This document shows, piece after piece, positions 8,654 through 16,541 of a stretch of DNA of 64,000 bases. Source of the stretch: a virus (Duplodnaviria > Caudoviricetes); the IMG/VR virus record IMGVR_UViG_2802429318_000001, positions 1 through 64,000 of that record; one strand, given 5' to 3'. The translations under genes and the position numbers were made by a program. The notes below the pieces were generated by a model. The model did no database searches. It was not told where the DNA came from and saw only the letters and a program-made list of their open reading frames with translations. Numbering within the stretch: position 1 is the first letter of the stretch; every line of letters starts with the position of its first letter.

Positions 8654-9396
8654 CCTTCGCCGTAGCCCGCAAGACCGCCTGGGACACCGAGACGACCGGG
8701 CCGAACCCCCTTGAAGACCGGATCGTGACTGCCGCGTTCATCGTCCGCGGCGGCGACCAGAAGGAGCACGACTTCTCCTGGCTGATCAACCCGGGCATCC
8801 CGATCCCGGCCGAGGCCACCGCCGTTCACGGCATCACCGACGAAATGGTGCAGGTCTACGGGCTCAACCCCAAGACCGCGCTCGACGAGATCGCGAACTG
8901 CCTGGCCTACGCCATCGGGCAGAACCTGCCGGTCATCGCCTTCAACCACTCCTTCGACTGGTCGATCCTCCACTACGACCTGATCCGCAACGGCCTGCCC
9001 ACCGTTCACGACCGAGTCGGCACGGGCCCGCTTCCCCTGCTGGACCCGCACGTCATCGACCGGCAGTACCTTCAGCGGCTGCGCGGCTCGGGCATGCGGA
9101 AGCTGAAGCCGACGGCCGAACGGTACGGCGTCGAGCTGGAGGACTGGCACACCGCCGAGGCCGACGCGCTGGCCGCACTGCTCATCACCGAGGCCCTGTT
9201 CGCGAAGTACGGGCAGCTCAACAGCATGGGCCCGCAGCAGTTGTACGCGGCGCAGAAGGCGTGGCGGGCGGAGCAGCAGGCCGGACTGCAGCAGTGGTTC
9301 CGGACGAAGGCCACCGCGGAGCAGGGCGGGGCGCCGGACAAGGTGATCGACGGTTCCTGGCCGTTGATCCCGGCTCCGCGAGCAGGTGAGGCGTGA
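8650..9396 (+). CDS. DnaQ-like DEDDh 3'-5' exonuclease
   Basis: WDTETTG, AVHGIT, AFNHSFD and HTAEAD motifs. Confidence 0.92.
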   Translation: MTFAVARKTAWDTETTGPNPLEDRIVTAAFIVRGGDQKEHDFSWLINPGIPIPAEATAVHGITDEMVQVYGLNPKTALDEIANCLAYAIGQNLPVIAFNHSFDWSILHYDLIRNGLPTVHDRVGTGPLPLLDPHVIDRQYLQRLRGSGMRKLKPTAERYGVELEDWHTAEADALAALLITEALFAKYGQLNSMGPQQLYAAQKAWRAEQQAGLQQWFRTKATAEQGGAPDKVIDGSWPLIPAPRAGEA

Positions 9397-9692
9397 TGGG
9401 CCGTCGACTCAACGAGCGCCTCGCCGCGAAGGACCGGGCGATCGAAGTACTGATCGCCGAACGCGACTCGGAGCAGAAGACCGCCACCGCCTGCACCCGG
9501 CAGATGCGCCGCGCCTACGAAGACCTGTCCCGCGCGAAGGACGTCGTCGCCGAGCACATCGACCGGGTCGGCCGCCCGGACACGGACCTCACCGACGTGC
9601 CCGGCTTCGCCCTCTCGCTGCAACAGGCCCTCGCCGCCGCCGGGGTCGACCTCCGTCTGGAACTGGGCCGCCTGCAAGGAGCACGCCTGTGA
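9396..9692 (+). CDS. hypothetical protein
   Basis: Coupled ORF, coiled-coil-like. Confidence 0.65.
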   Translation: MGRRLNERLAAKDRAIEVLIAERDSEQKTATACTRQMRRAYEDLSRAKDVVAEHIDRVGRPDTDLTDVPGFALSLQQALAAAGVDLRLELGRLQGARL

Positions 9693-10336
9693 ACCGCTTC
9701 CCATTCGTCACCCGCGACCACCACGAACAGGCCCTCGCCGCGCTCAAGGCCACTACCGCACATCTGCAGCGCCTGCTCGACACGGCCCAGGCCGACCGGA
9801 ACGCAGCCCAAGCCCAGCGCGACACCGCCTGCTCCGCCCACGAGGACGTCGTCCGCCAGCTGGCCGCCGCGGTAAAGGCGAACACCAGCCTTGCCGGGCG
9901 GAACAAGGCCCTCGCGGGGAACGGCCAAGCTCGCACCGTTTCGGACGTCCCGGAGGAGCACGACGTACACCGCAAGGCCCTCGCGGACGCCCTCGGCGAG
10001 CAGAAGTGGCACCTGAACTGGGGCCAGCTCATCGGCGAAGTGTCGCAGCTGCGTAAGGCGGCCGAGGAGTCGATGGCCGAGGCCCAGGCGGAGCGCGCCC
10101 GCGCCGATCTCCTCGACGCCGACGCCACTGTGGCCACTGCCGAGGAGATCGCCGCCTGGGAGGCGCGCGTCAAGGCCCACCGGGCGTGGACCCCGCCGAG
10201 GGACCAGGACAAGCGGCCCGTCGACGGCGCGTCCGGCCGGCCGACCCACCCGGCAACGGACCTGCGTCGCGCGCTGGACCGGTGCATGGCGCTCCAGGCC
10301 CGCATCGATCAGCGCGGGAAGCGGGTGACACCGTGA
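9689..10336 (+). CDS. coiled-coil hypothetical protein
   Basis: GTG start with AAGGAG RBS, overlapping the previous stop. Confidence 0.7.
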   Translation: MNRFPFVTRDHHEQALAALKATTAHLQRLLDTAQADRNAAQAQRDTACSAHEDVVRQLAAAVKANTSLAGRNKALAGNGQARTVSDVPEEHDVHRKALADALGEQKWHLNWGQLIGEVSQLRKAAEESMAEAQAERARADLLDADATVATAEEIAAWEARVKAHRAWTPPRDQDKRPVDGASGRPTHPATDLRRALDRCMALQARIDQRGKRVTP

Positions 10337-10614
10337 TCGTCAACCCGATCTCCGTGGGTGCCGCCGTCCTGATGGTGTCTCTGAGCCTGGCGTTCCTCAT
10401 CGTGCGTCGGCTCGTGCGGCCCACAGCGTCCGAGCCCGCTCGTGGCCGGGCTCACGGGCGGCACCGCGGGCCCCGCAAGCCCCTCATCGTGGGTGCGCTC
10501 GCCGCCCAGCGGTTCGTGTGGTGCGACCCGTGCCAGGCCGACATCGCGGCCACCGAGCACGGCGCGATCGTCCGCTGCGCCAACGGCCACATCATCCCGG
10601 GGGGCGCCGGATGA
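10333..10614 (+). CDS. membrane-anchored protein with CxxC...CxxxH
   Basis: N-terminal TM helix; coupled ORF. Confidence 0.6.
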   Translation: MIVNPISVGAAVLMVSLSLAFLIVRRLVRPTASEPARGRAHGRHRGPRKPLIVGALAAQRFVWCDPCQADIAATEHGAIVRCANGHIIPGGAG

Positions 10615-10859
10615 GCGGCCACGACATCGCCAATGCTGCCCTCGCCATCGCCGTGCTCCTCTGCGCCGCCGCGGCCATCTACCGGGCCTGCGTCCGGCCG
10701 CCGACCCGGACCCGCGTCACGGTCATGCCCGCCGCCCTCACCCCGGCCGCCGGCCAGCAGCTCGCCCCCGAGGACGAGGACTACCTCTCCAGCCTCTCCG
10801 CCCGCATGGACGCCTGCGGCCCGGCTGCCACCGACCACTACTCCGAGGGGAACCAGTGA
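10611..10859 (+). CDS. small membrane-anchored protein
   Basis: ATGA overlap; N-terminal TM helix. Confidence 0.6.
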   Translation: MSGHDIANAALAIAVLLCAAAAIYRACVRPPTRTRVTVMPAALTPAAGQQLAPEDEDYLSSLSARMDACGPAATDHYSEGNQ

Positions 10860-11491
10860 CTACCGCACCTACTCTCTTCGACGCTGCCACCCCTTCCACC
10901 GCCCCAGCCGCCCCTGCGGCGACCGGACCCCGGCCCCTCGTCATCGGCATCGACGCCAGCCTCAACAGCCTCGGCATCGCAGGCGCCGACTGGGCCGACG
11001 CCATCCGCCACCCCGGGCTCACCGGACACGCCCGCATCGACTACCTCCGCCGCGAAGTCGCCGACCGCGCCAAGGCCGCCGACCTCGTCGTCATCGAGGA
11101 CATCGCCCGCGGCGCCAAGGGCTCCGCCGTCCACCAGCTCGCCGGACTCTGGTGGGTCCTCACCACCGAACTCCACCGCCGCGGCATCCCCTTCGCCGTC
11201 GTCAACCCCCAGGCCCGCTACACCTACGCCACCGGCAAGGCCAACCCGGGACGCGAGTACCCGCGCGACAAGCGGGCCCGCATCTGCAAGGGCATGGTCT
11301 GCTCGTTCGTCGTCGAGCAGCTCGGCATCTGGTGCGAAGGCTCGGGCAAGTACGACGCCGCGGACGCCGCCGTGTTCGCCGCGATGGGCCTGGACTGGCT
11401 GGGCTACCCGCTCGTCGTCCTCCCGCCGCAGCAGCGCCGCGCGCTGGACGGTGTGCAGTGGCCGACGGCCACCGTGGCGGTGGCCCGATGA
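10856..11491 (+). CDS. RuvC-like Holliday junction resolvase
   Basis: VIGIDASL, VVIED, YATGK and DAADA motifs. Confidence 0.88.
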   Translation: MTTAPTLFDAATPSTAPAAPAATGPRPLVIGIDASLNSLGIAGADWADAIRHPGLTGHARIDYLRREVADRAKAADLVVIEDIARGAKGSAVHQLAGLWWVLTTELHRRGIPFAVVNPQARYTYATGKANPGREYPRDKRARICKGMVCSFVVEQLGIWCEGSGKYDAADAAVFAAMGLDWLGYPLVVLPPQQRRALDGVQWPTATVAVAR

Positions 11492-13206
11492 CCGTGAAGA
11501 AGAAGGTCCGCACCGCCACACACCGGCCGGCCGTCAAGCGCCGCCGCTTCCGCCACGACGACCCCACCGCCGTCGACCTGTTCTCCGGCTTCGGCGGCCT
11601 CACCGAGGGCGTCAGGCGCGCCGGATTCACGACGATCATGGCCGCCAACCACAACGCCTACAAGGTAGAAGTCCACGAGGCGAACCACTCCTACGCCGAA
11701 CACTGGATCGCCGACCTCGTCGACCCCGAGGCCGCCGACTACCACGACGTGCGGGACCTCCCCAAGGCCGACCTCCTCGTGGCCGGCATCAGCTGCGTCA
11801 ACCACAGCCAGGCGAACACGGTCAAGGCATACGAACAGGGTGCGACCCTGTTCGACTTCGACGACCCCGACTACGAAGCCCGCGTCACCCGCTCCGAACG
11901 CGACCGGGCCACCGCGAACTGCGTCCTGCACTACGCCCAGACCCACCACCCGCGCCTCATCCTCGTCGAGTGCACGACCGAGCTCAGCTCCTGGGGCAAG
12001 GCCGTGCCGGGCAAGAAGTACGGCGACGGCACCACGTACCGCTGGTGGCTCAAGCAGTTCGAGCTGCTCAACTACCGGCACAAGGTGCTCTACCTCAACA
12101 GCCAGTTCTTCGGCGTGCCGCAGTCCCGCGACCGCCTCTACATCGCCTTCTGGGACAAGTCCGTCCCGGCCCCGGACCTCGACCACCGGCCCGTCTCCCG
12201 CTGCCACCGCTGCGACAAGGACGTCGAGGCCGTCTGGACCTGGCGCACCGGAGTCCCGCCCACCGGCTCGGTCCGCTACGGCAAGCAGTACGACTACCGC
12301 TGCCCCTCCTGCCGCCGCGAAGTCGTCCCGCCGATGACGCCGTCGCTCGCCGCGCTCGACCTCAGCACCCTCGGCCAGCGCATCGGCGACCGCGCCCGCC
12401 CCCTCGCGCCCGCCACCATGGCCCGCGCCGAACGCTGCCGCCAGCGGTTCGCGAACTTCCCCGCAGTCCTCATGCCGGCCAAAGCGGCACACGGCTCCGA
12501 GCGCTACCTGCTCCAGCCCCTGGCCACACAGACCAGCCAGCAGGAGACCGCCCTCCTCTCGACCGGCACCGTCCTCGCCGCCCACCGGCACAACGGCGAC
12601 GGGCAGCACATCACCCGCCCCATGGACACCGTCACCTCGACCCACGAGAAGGCCGTCCTCCTCGCCGTCGCCAACTACCAGGGCGCCCCGCGCGGCACCG
12701 ACCACCCGCTGCCGACCCAGGTCGGCTCGGAGACCCTCGCCCTGGTGTCCTCCGGAGTAGTCCCGTTCCGAAAGAACACCCTGCCCGTCGCGCACAGCGA
12801 GGCGATGCCGACCGTCACCTCGGACCAGATCCCCGGACTGCTCACCGCCGCCGGCTGGTTCAAGCAGAACGGCAGCACCGGCAACGAGACCGCCCCGCAC
12901 CCGCTCACCGACCCCCTCGGCACCCTCACCGTCCGCGACACCACCGCCCTCCTCATGGCCGACTGGCGGGCCGCGCTCGCCGAGATGCCCCTGGAGGACT
13001 GCCACTTCCGGATGATGGCCGCGCACGAGGTCGGCCGCGGCTGCGGCTTCGACGTCACCTTCCCCGACCGCGCGGGCACGTTCATCGTCTGGGGCAGTAA
13101 CCGCGACCAGGTCGACGGCTACGGCAACGCCGTCTCCCCGGCGGTCGGAGCATGGATCGGGGCCCGCCTCCGCGCCGTACTCCACCAGGCGGAGGTGGCA
13201 GCCTGA
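11488..13206 (+). CDS. DNA (cytosine-5)-methyltransferase
   Basis: DLFSGFGG (motif I), GISC (IV, atypical), VEC (VI, atypical), PQSRDR (VIII), GNAV (X). Confidence 0.88.
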   Translation: MTVKKKVRTATHRPAVKRRRFRHDDPTAVDLFSGFGGLTEGVRRAGFTTIMAANHNAYKVEVHEANHSYAEHWIADLVDPEAADYHDVRDLPKADLLVAGISCVNHSQANTVKAYEQGATLFDFDDPDYEARVTRSERDRATANCVLHYAQTHHPRLILVECTTELSSWGKAVPGKKYGDGTTYRWWLKQFELLNYRHKVLYLNSQFFGVPQSRDRLYIAFWDKSVPAPDLDHRPVSRCHRCDKDVEAVWTWRTGVPPTGSVRYGKQYDYRCPSCRREVVPPMTPSLAALDLSTLGQRIGDRARPLAPATMARAERCRQRFANFPAVLMPAKAAHGSERYLLQPLATQTSQQETALLSTGTVLAAHRHNGDGQHITRPMDTVTSTHEKAVLLAVANYQGAPRGTDHPLPTQVGSETLALVSSGVVPFRKNTLPVAHSEAMPTVTSDQIPGLLTAAGWFKQNGSTGNETAPHPLTDPLGTLTVRDTTALLMADWRAALAEMPLEDCHFRMMAAHEVGRGCGFDVTFPDRAGTFIVWGSNRDQVDGYGNAVSPAVGAWIGARLRAVLHQAEVAA

Positions 13207-13781
13207 TGCCCGCCAACGCCACCCGCGAGCAGATCCTCGCCGCACTCCAGTTGGGCCACAGCGCCGCCCGCATCGCCCGCGACCTGGCCTGCGACAGGGG
13301 CCGCGTCCGCCGCATCCGCGACGAGGCCGGCCTGCCCGTGTACGTCCGAGGATCCGAACAGCCCAGCCTCACCGACCGCTGGCGCCAGCACGCCGTCTCC
13401 ACCACCAACGGCCACATGGAATGGACCGGCGAACGCAGCACCAACAGCAACCGGCCCCTCATCTCCTTCCAGTACAGCCACCGCAGCGCCGCCGCCGTGG
13501 CCTTCTTCCTCCGCACCGGCCGGGACCCGATCGGTAACGCCGTCGCCGACTGCGGCATGCGGCACTGCGTCGCCCCCGAGCACGTCCTCGACGCCGACGA
13601 ACGGCGCCGCACGCGCGAGCAACTCCGCTACCTGCAAGGGCGGCAACCGCTCCGGGAAACGTGCCAGGCCGGGCACCGTCAGGCCGAGCACGCCCGGATC
13701 GACGCCGCCGGGACCGCGTACTGCCACACCTGCAAGTCGACGCGCCAGTCGCAGGCCCGGGCAGACAGGGGCGCGGCATGA
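13206..13781 (+). CDS. HTH plus degenerate HNH/His-Cys domain protein
   Basis: SAARIARDL HTH; EWTG; CGMRHCVAPEHV; CQAGH...CHTC. Confidence 0.65.
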   Translation: MPANATREQILAALQLGHSAARIARDLACDRGRVRRIRDEAGLPVYVRGSEQPSLTDRWRQHAVSTTNGHMEWTGERSTNSNRPLISFQYSHRSAAAVAFFLRTGRDPIGNAVADCGMRHCVAPEHVLDADERRRTREQLRYLQGRQPLRETCQAGHRQAEHARIDAAGTAYCHTCKSTRQSQARADRGAA

Positions 13782-14107
13782 GCCACCACACCGGCTCCGT
13801 CCCGGGCCCCGGCCGTGACCCCGAGTGGCAAGACCGTGCCGCCTGCCAGGCACCCGGAATCGACAAGGAGATGTTCTTCCCCGAGCGCTCCCAGCTCACG
13901 GCGATCAGGGACTCCAAGACGATCTGCTGGACCTGCCCCGTGATCCAGAACTGCCTGGAACACGCCTTCCGCAACCACGAAGACCGCGGCACCTGGGGCG
14001 GACTCACCGAATGGGAACGCCGCGCCCGGCACGGCCGCAAGCCCAAGAACGCCGGCCGGAGCGGCGGGGTCAACGCTCCCGGCCGACGCAGCAGGAACGC
14101 CGCATGA
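13778..14107 (+). CDS. WhiB-family Fe-S transcription factor
   Basis: WQDRAAC...FFP...ICWTCPVIQNC...GTWGG. Confidence 0.92.
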   Translation: MSHHTGSVPGPGRDPEWQDRAACQAPGIDKEMFFPERSQLTAIRDSKTICWTCPVIQNCLEHAFRNHEDRGTWGGLTEWERRARHGRKPKNAGRSGGVNAPGRRSRNAA

Positions 14108-14274
14108 CCGCCGCCGAGCCGCAGCCCTGCGACACCCCCGACGGCGAGCACGACGGCCGCGTCCGCCTCTACCCGTGCGGCTGGCGCTGCTCCACCCACA
14201 GCCCGTGGGCCCTGGCCGGCATGCCGGAGCCGGGCACCGCAGCTGCGAAACCGGCCGACCCGTCGGCCACCTGA
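14104..14274 (+). CDS. small Cys/His protein
   Basis: VRLYPCGWRCSTHSP; ATGA overlap. Confidence 0.6.
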   Translation: MTAAEPQPCDTPDGEHDGRVRLYPCGWRCSTHSPWALAGMPEPGTAAAKPADPSAT

Positions 14275-14289
14275 CCGCCCGACAACAGC

Positions 14290-14316
14290 GCCCCGCCGGG
14301 CGGAATCCGGCGGGGC
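14290..14316 (+). other. intergenic hairpin with a 7-nt loop
   Basis: GCCCCGCCGG-GCGGAAT-CCGGCGGGGC. Confidence 0.6.
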
Positions 14317-14334
14317 ACCCCTAAGGAGACCACG

Positions 14335-14748
14335 ATGACCGACAAGGTCACCATCACCGCGATCGACGGCACCGACGCCCTCGCGATGGTCATCATCCGC
14401 CCCGGCAAGACCGAAGGCGGCGTCGAGATCGAGTCGGCAGCCGCAGGCATGGACAAGCCGGCCGCAGCTCATGTCCTGCGGCACGTCGCCAACCTGTGGG
14501 ACGGCGGCAAGGCCGATCCGAGCGCCACCCTCACCGCCGTCAACACGCTCGCCGAACGCTGGGAGCGCATGGGCAAGAGCGCCCCGGAACTCGGTGACGA
14601 GCTGCTCATCGACGAGCCCACCGCCGCCGAACGCCACCAGCACGAGCGGGCCGCGACCTACCGAAGGGCCGCCGCCGATCTCCGCGAAGTCCTCGTCACC
14701 GGGCGGATCCCACACGACCTGATGACCGACGCCGAGCTCGACGGCTGA
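14335..14748 (+). CDS. hypothetical protein
   Basis: TAAGGAG RBS. Confidence 0.75.
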   Translation: MTDKVTITAIDGTDALAMVIIRPGKTEGGVEIESAAAGMDKPAAAHVLRHVANLWDGGKADPSATLTAVNTLAERWERMGKSAPELGDELLIDEPTAAERHQHERAATYRRAAADLREVLVTGRIPHDLMTDAELDG

Positions 14749-14871
14749 GACCACCCTCCCGGCGGCCGGACCCCCAGCGCACATCCCCCCCAACGCGCCG
14801 CGGCCGCCACCCGGGCCCGCCCCCACCCCCACACGCGGGGCGGGCCCACCCCAAACGACACGGAGCAGCCC

Positions 14872-15045
14872 ATGGACACCAACGCCCGACACCCACCAAA
14901 CCAGGTCACCGCCACCCCCGACTGGCCACCCGTCCGGATCCCCGGGCGCCCCGGCTGGTGGCGGCACTGCATCAACGGCCAGCAAACAGACCTCCCGAGC
15001 CGAAACCCGCAGCACAGCAACCCGAAAGGCACCACCAGCACATGA
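14872..15045 (+). CDS. 57-aa hypothetical protein (not in the ORF track)
   Basis: GGAG RBS; MDTNARHPP...RPGWWRHCINGQQTDLP; stop overlaps the next ATG. Confidence 0.5.
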   Translation: MDTNARHPPNQVTATPDWPPVRIPGRPGWWRHCINGQQTDLPSRNPQHSNPKGTTST

Positions 15046-15419
15046 GCGTCGACCACAACACCGGCGAGATCACCGACGAGCAGCCGCAGGCACCCGTCGC
15101 CGCATTCCTCGGCAGCCACCTCAACGGCCGCACCGACGAAGAGCTGAGCCGCGAGTTCCACCAGCTCCTCGACGCCGTCCGCGCCCACGGCAAGAAGGGC
15201 CAGATGGTCATCACGATCGTCGTCGACCCGCCCGCCAACGGGGTGGAAAGCGCACCCATGCCGATCGGCGTCGAGTCCACGGTCAAGGCCCCCAAGCCGA
15301 CCCCCGTCAAGTCCCTCTACTTCCTGGACGACGAGGGCAACCCCGTCCGCGAGGACCCCCGCCAGATGCAGATCGACTTCCGCACCGCCCCGACCACCGA
15401 CACCTTCAAGGACGCCTGA
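15042..15419 (+). CDS. YfdP-like partner of DUF2303
   Basis: AVRAHGKKGQMVITI...YFLDDEGNPVREDPRQ; immediately upstream of DUF2303. Confidence 0.7.
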   Translation: MSVDHNTGEITDEQPQAPVAAFLGSHLNGRTDEELSREFHQLLDAVRAHGKKGQMVITIVVDPPANGVESAPMPIGVESTVKAPKPTPVKSLYFLDDEGNPVREDPRQMQIDFRTAPTTDTFKDA

Positions 15420-15421
15420 CC

Positions 15422-16225
15422 ATGACCGACAACCTCCAGCCCGTCATCGACACCGCCCTCCGCTCCGCCGCACCCCACGACCTGGAGATCGGCAAGTACT
15501 ACACCTTCGTCACCCCGGCCGGACTCCAGAAGGTCGACCTCACCGGCCCCGAGCACACCGGCATCCCCCCGCGGAAGGCCGGCACCACCACCGTCCGCGA
15601 CGCCGCCTCCTGGATCGCCTACTACGACAAGCACCACGACGACTCATCCGAGGTCTACTCCGACAGCGAGCGCCTCACCGTCACCGCCGTCCTCGACGCC
15701 CACTCCGCCGACGAAGCAGCCTGGCAGCAGCACCGCCTCGTCCTCGCCCTGCGCACCACCGACGCGTGGAAGCAGTGGACCAAGAACGACGGCGAACTCC
15801 TCAAGCAGGAAGACTTCGCCGAGTTCATCGAGGACCACCTGCCCGAGCTCCTGGAGCCGTCCTCCGCCGACATGCTGGAGATCGCCCAGTCCATCCAGGC
15901 CGCGACCAAGGTCGACTTCCAGTCCGGCATCCGACTCTCCACCGGACAGAGGCAGTTCCAGTACGTCGAGACCCAGTCCACGAAGGCCGGGCAGAAGGGA
16001 CAGCTCACCGTCCCCGAGGTCTTCACCATCGGCCTGGTGCCCTTCGAGGGCAGCGAGGGCTACCGGCTCACCGCCCGCCTCCGCTACCGCATCACCGACC
16101 GGGGCCTGCTCATGGGCTACAAGCTCGAGCGCCCGGCGGACACGCTCCGCACCGCGTTCGGCGACGTCGTCACCGCGGTCGGTGAGCAGATCACCGAGCC
16201 GGTCATGAACGGAACCCCGGCCTGA
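15422..16225 (+). CDS. DUF2303 (YfdQ) family protein
   Basis: TAVLDAH...W..H, QEDFAEFIED, PEVFTIGLVPFEG and ARLRYR motifs. Confidence 0.88.
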   Translation: MTDNLQPVIDTALRSAAPHDLEIGKYYTFVTPAGLQKVDLTGPEHTGIPPRKAGTTTVRDAASWIAYYDKHHDDSSEVYSDSERLTVTAVLDAHSADEAAWQQHRLVLALRTTDAWKQWTKNDGELLKQEDFAEFIEDHLPELLEPSSADMLEIAQSIQAATKVDFQSGIRLSTGQRQFQYVETQSTKAGQKGQLTVPEVFTIGLVPFEGSEGYRLTARLRYRITDRGLLMGYKLERPADTLRTAFGDVVTAVGEQITEPVMNGTPA

Positions 16226-16530
16226 TGAGCGGGGCCGGCCGCGGGCGGGGCGGCGCCGACTCCCGCTGCTCCGCCTGCGGCCAGCCCCTCCTCGTCCAGT
16301 GGGTCGGGGACACCGCGGCCCTCAAGGCCCGGGTCCCCCTCCCACCGGACACCGCCCGCCTCCCCTACCCGCAGGCCCTCGCCGACAGCACCCCCGACAA
16401 CTTGGTCTGGTGCCTGCCCCGCCTCCCCCACAGAGCACTGTGCCTGCGCTGGACCAGCCCCCGGCACCCGCCGGACTGCCCCCACCAGCACCTCACCAGC
16501 CACCAGTGCCCGCCGACCACGCTCTTCTGA
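16225..16530 (+). CDS. hypothetical Zn-binding protein
   Basis: CSAC...CPHQHLTSHQC; coupled ORF. Confidence 0.6.
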   Translation: MSGAGRGRGGADSRCSACGQPLLVQWVGDTAALKARVPLPPDTARLPYPQALADSTPDNLVWCLPRLPHRALCLRWTSPRHPPDCPHQHLTSHQCPPTTLF

Positions 16531-16541
16531 GGAGACCGCAC

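Noticed and set aside
11404-13245. 613-aa minus-strand ORF and overlapping Arg/Pro-rich alternative frames
   Set aside because: Shadows of the C5 methyltransferase; composition typical of off-frame GC-rich DNA.
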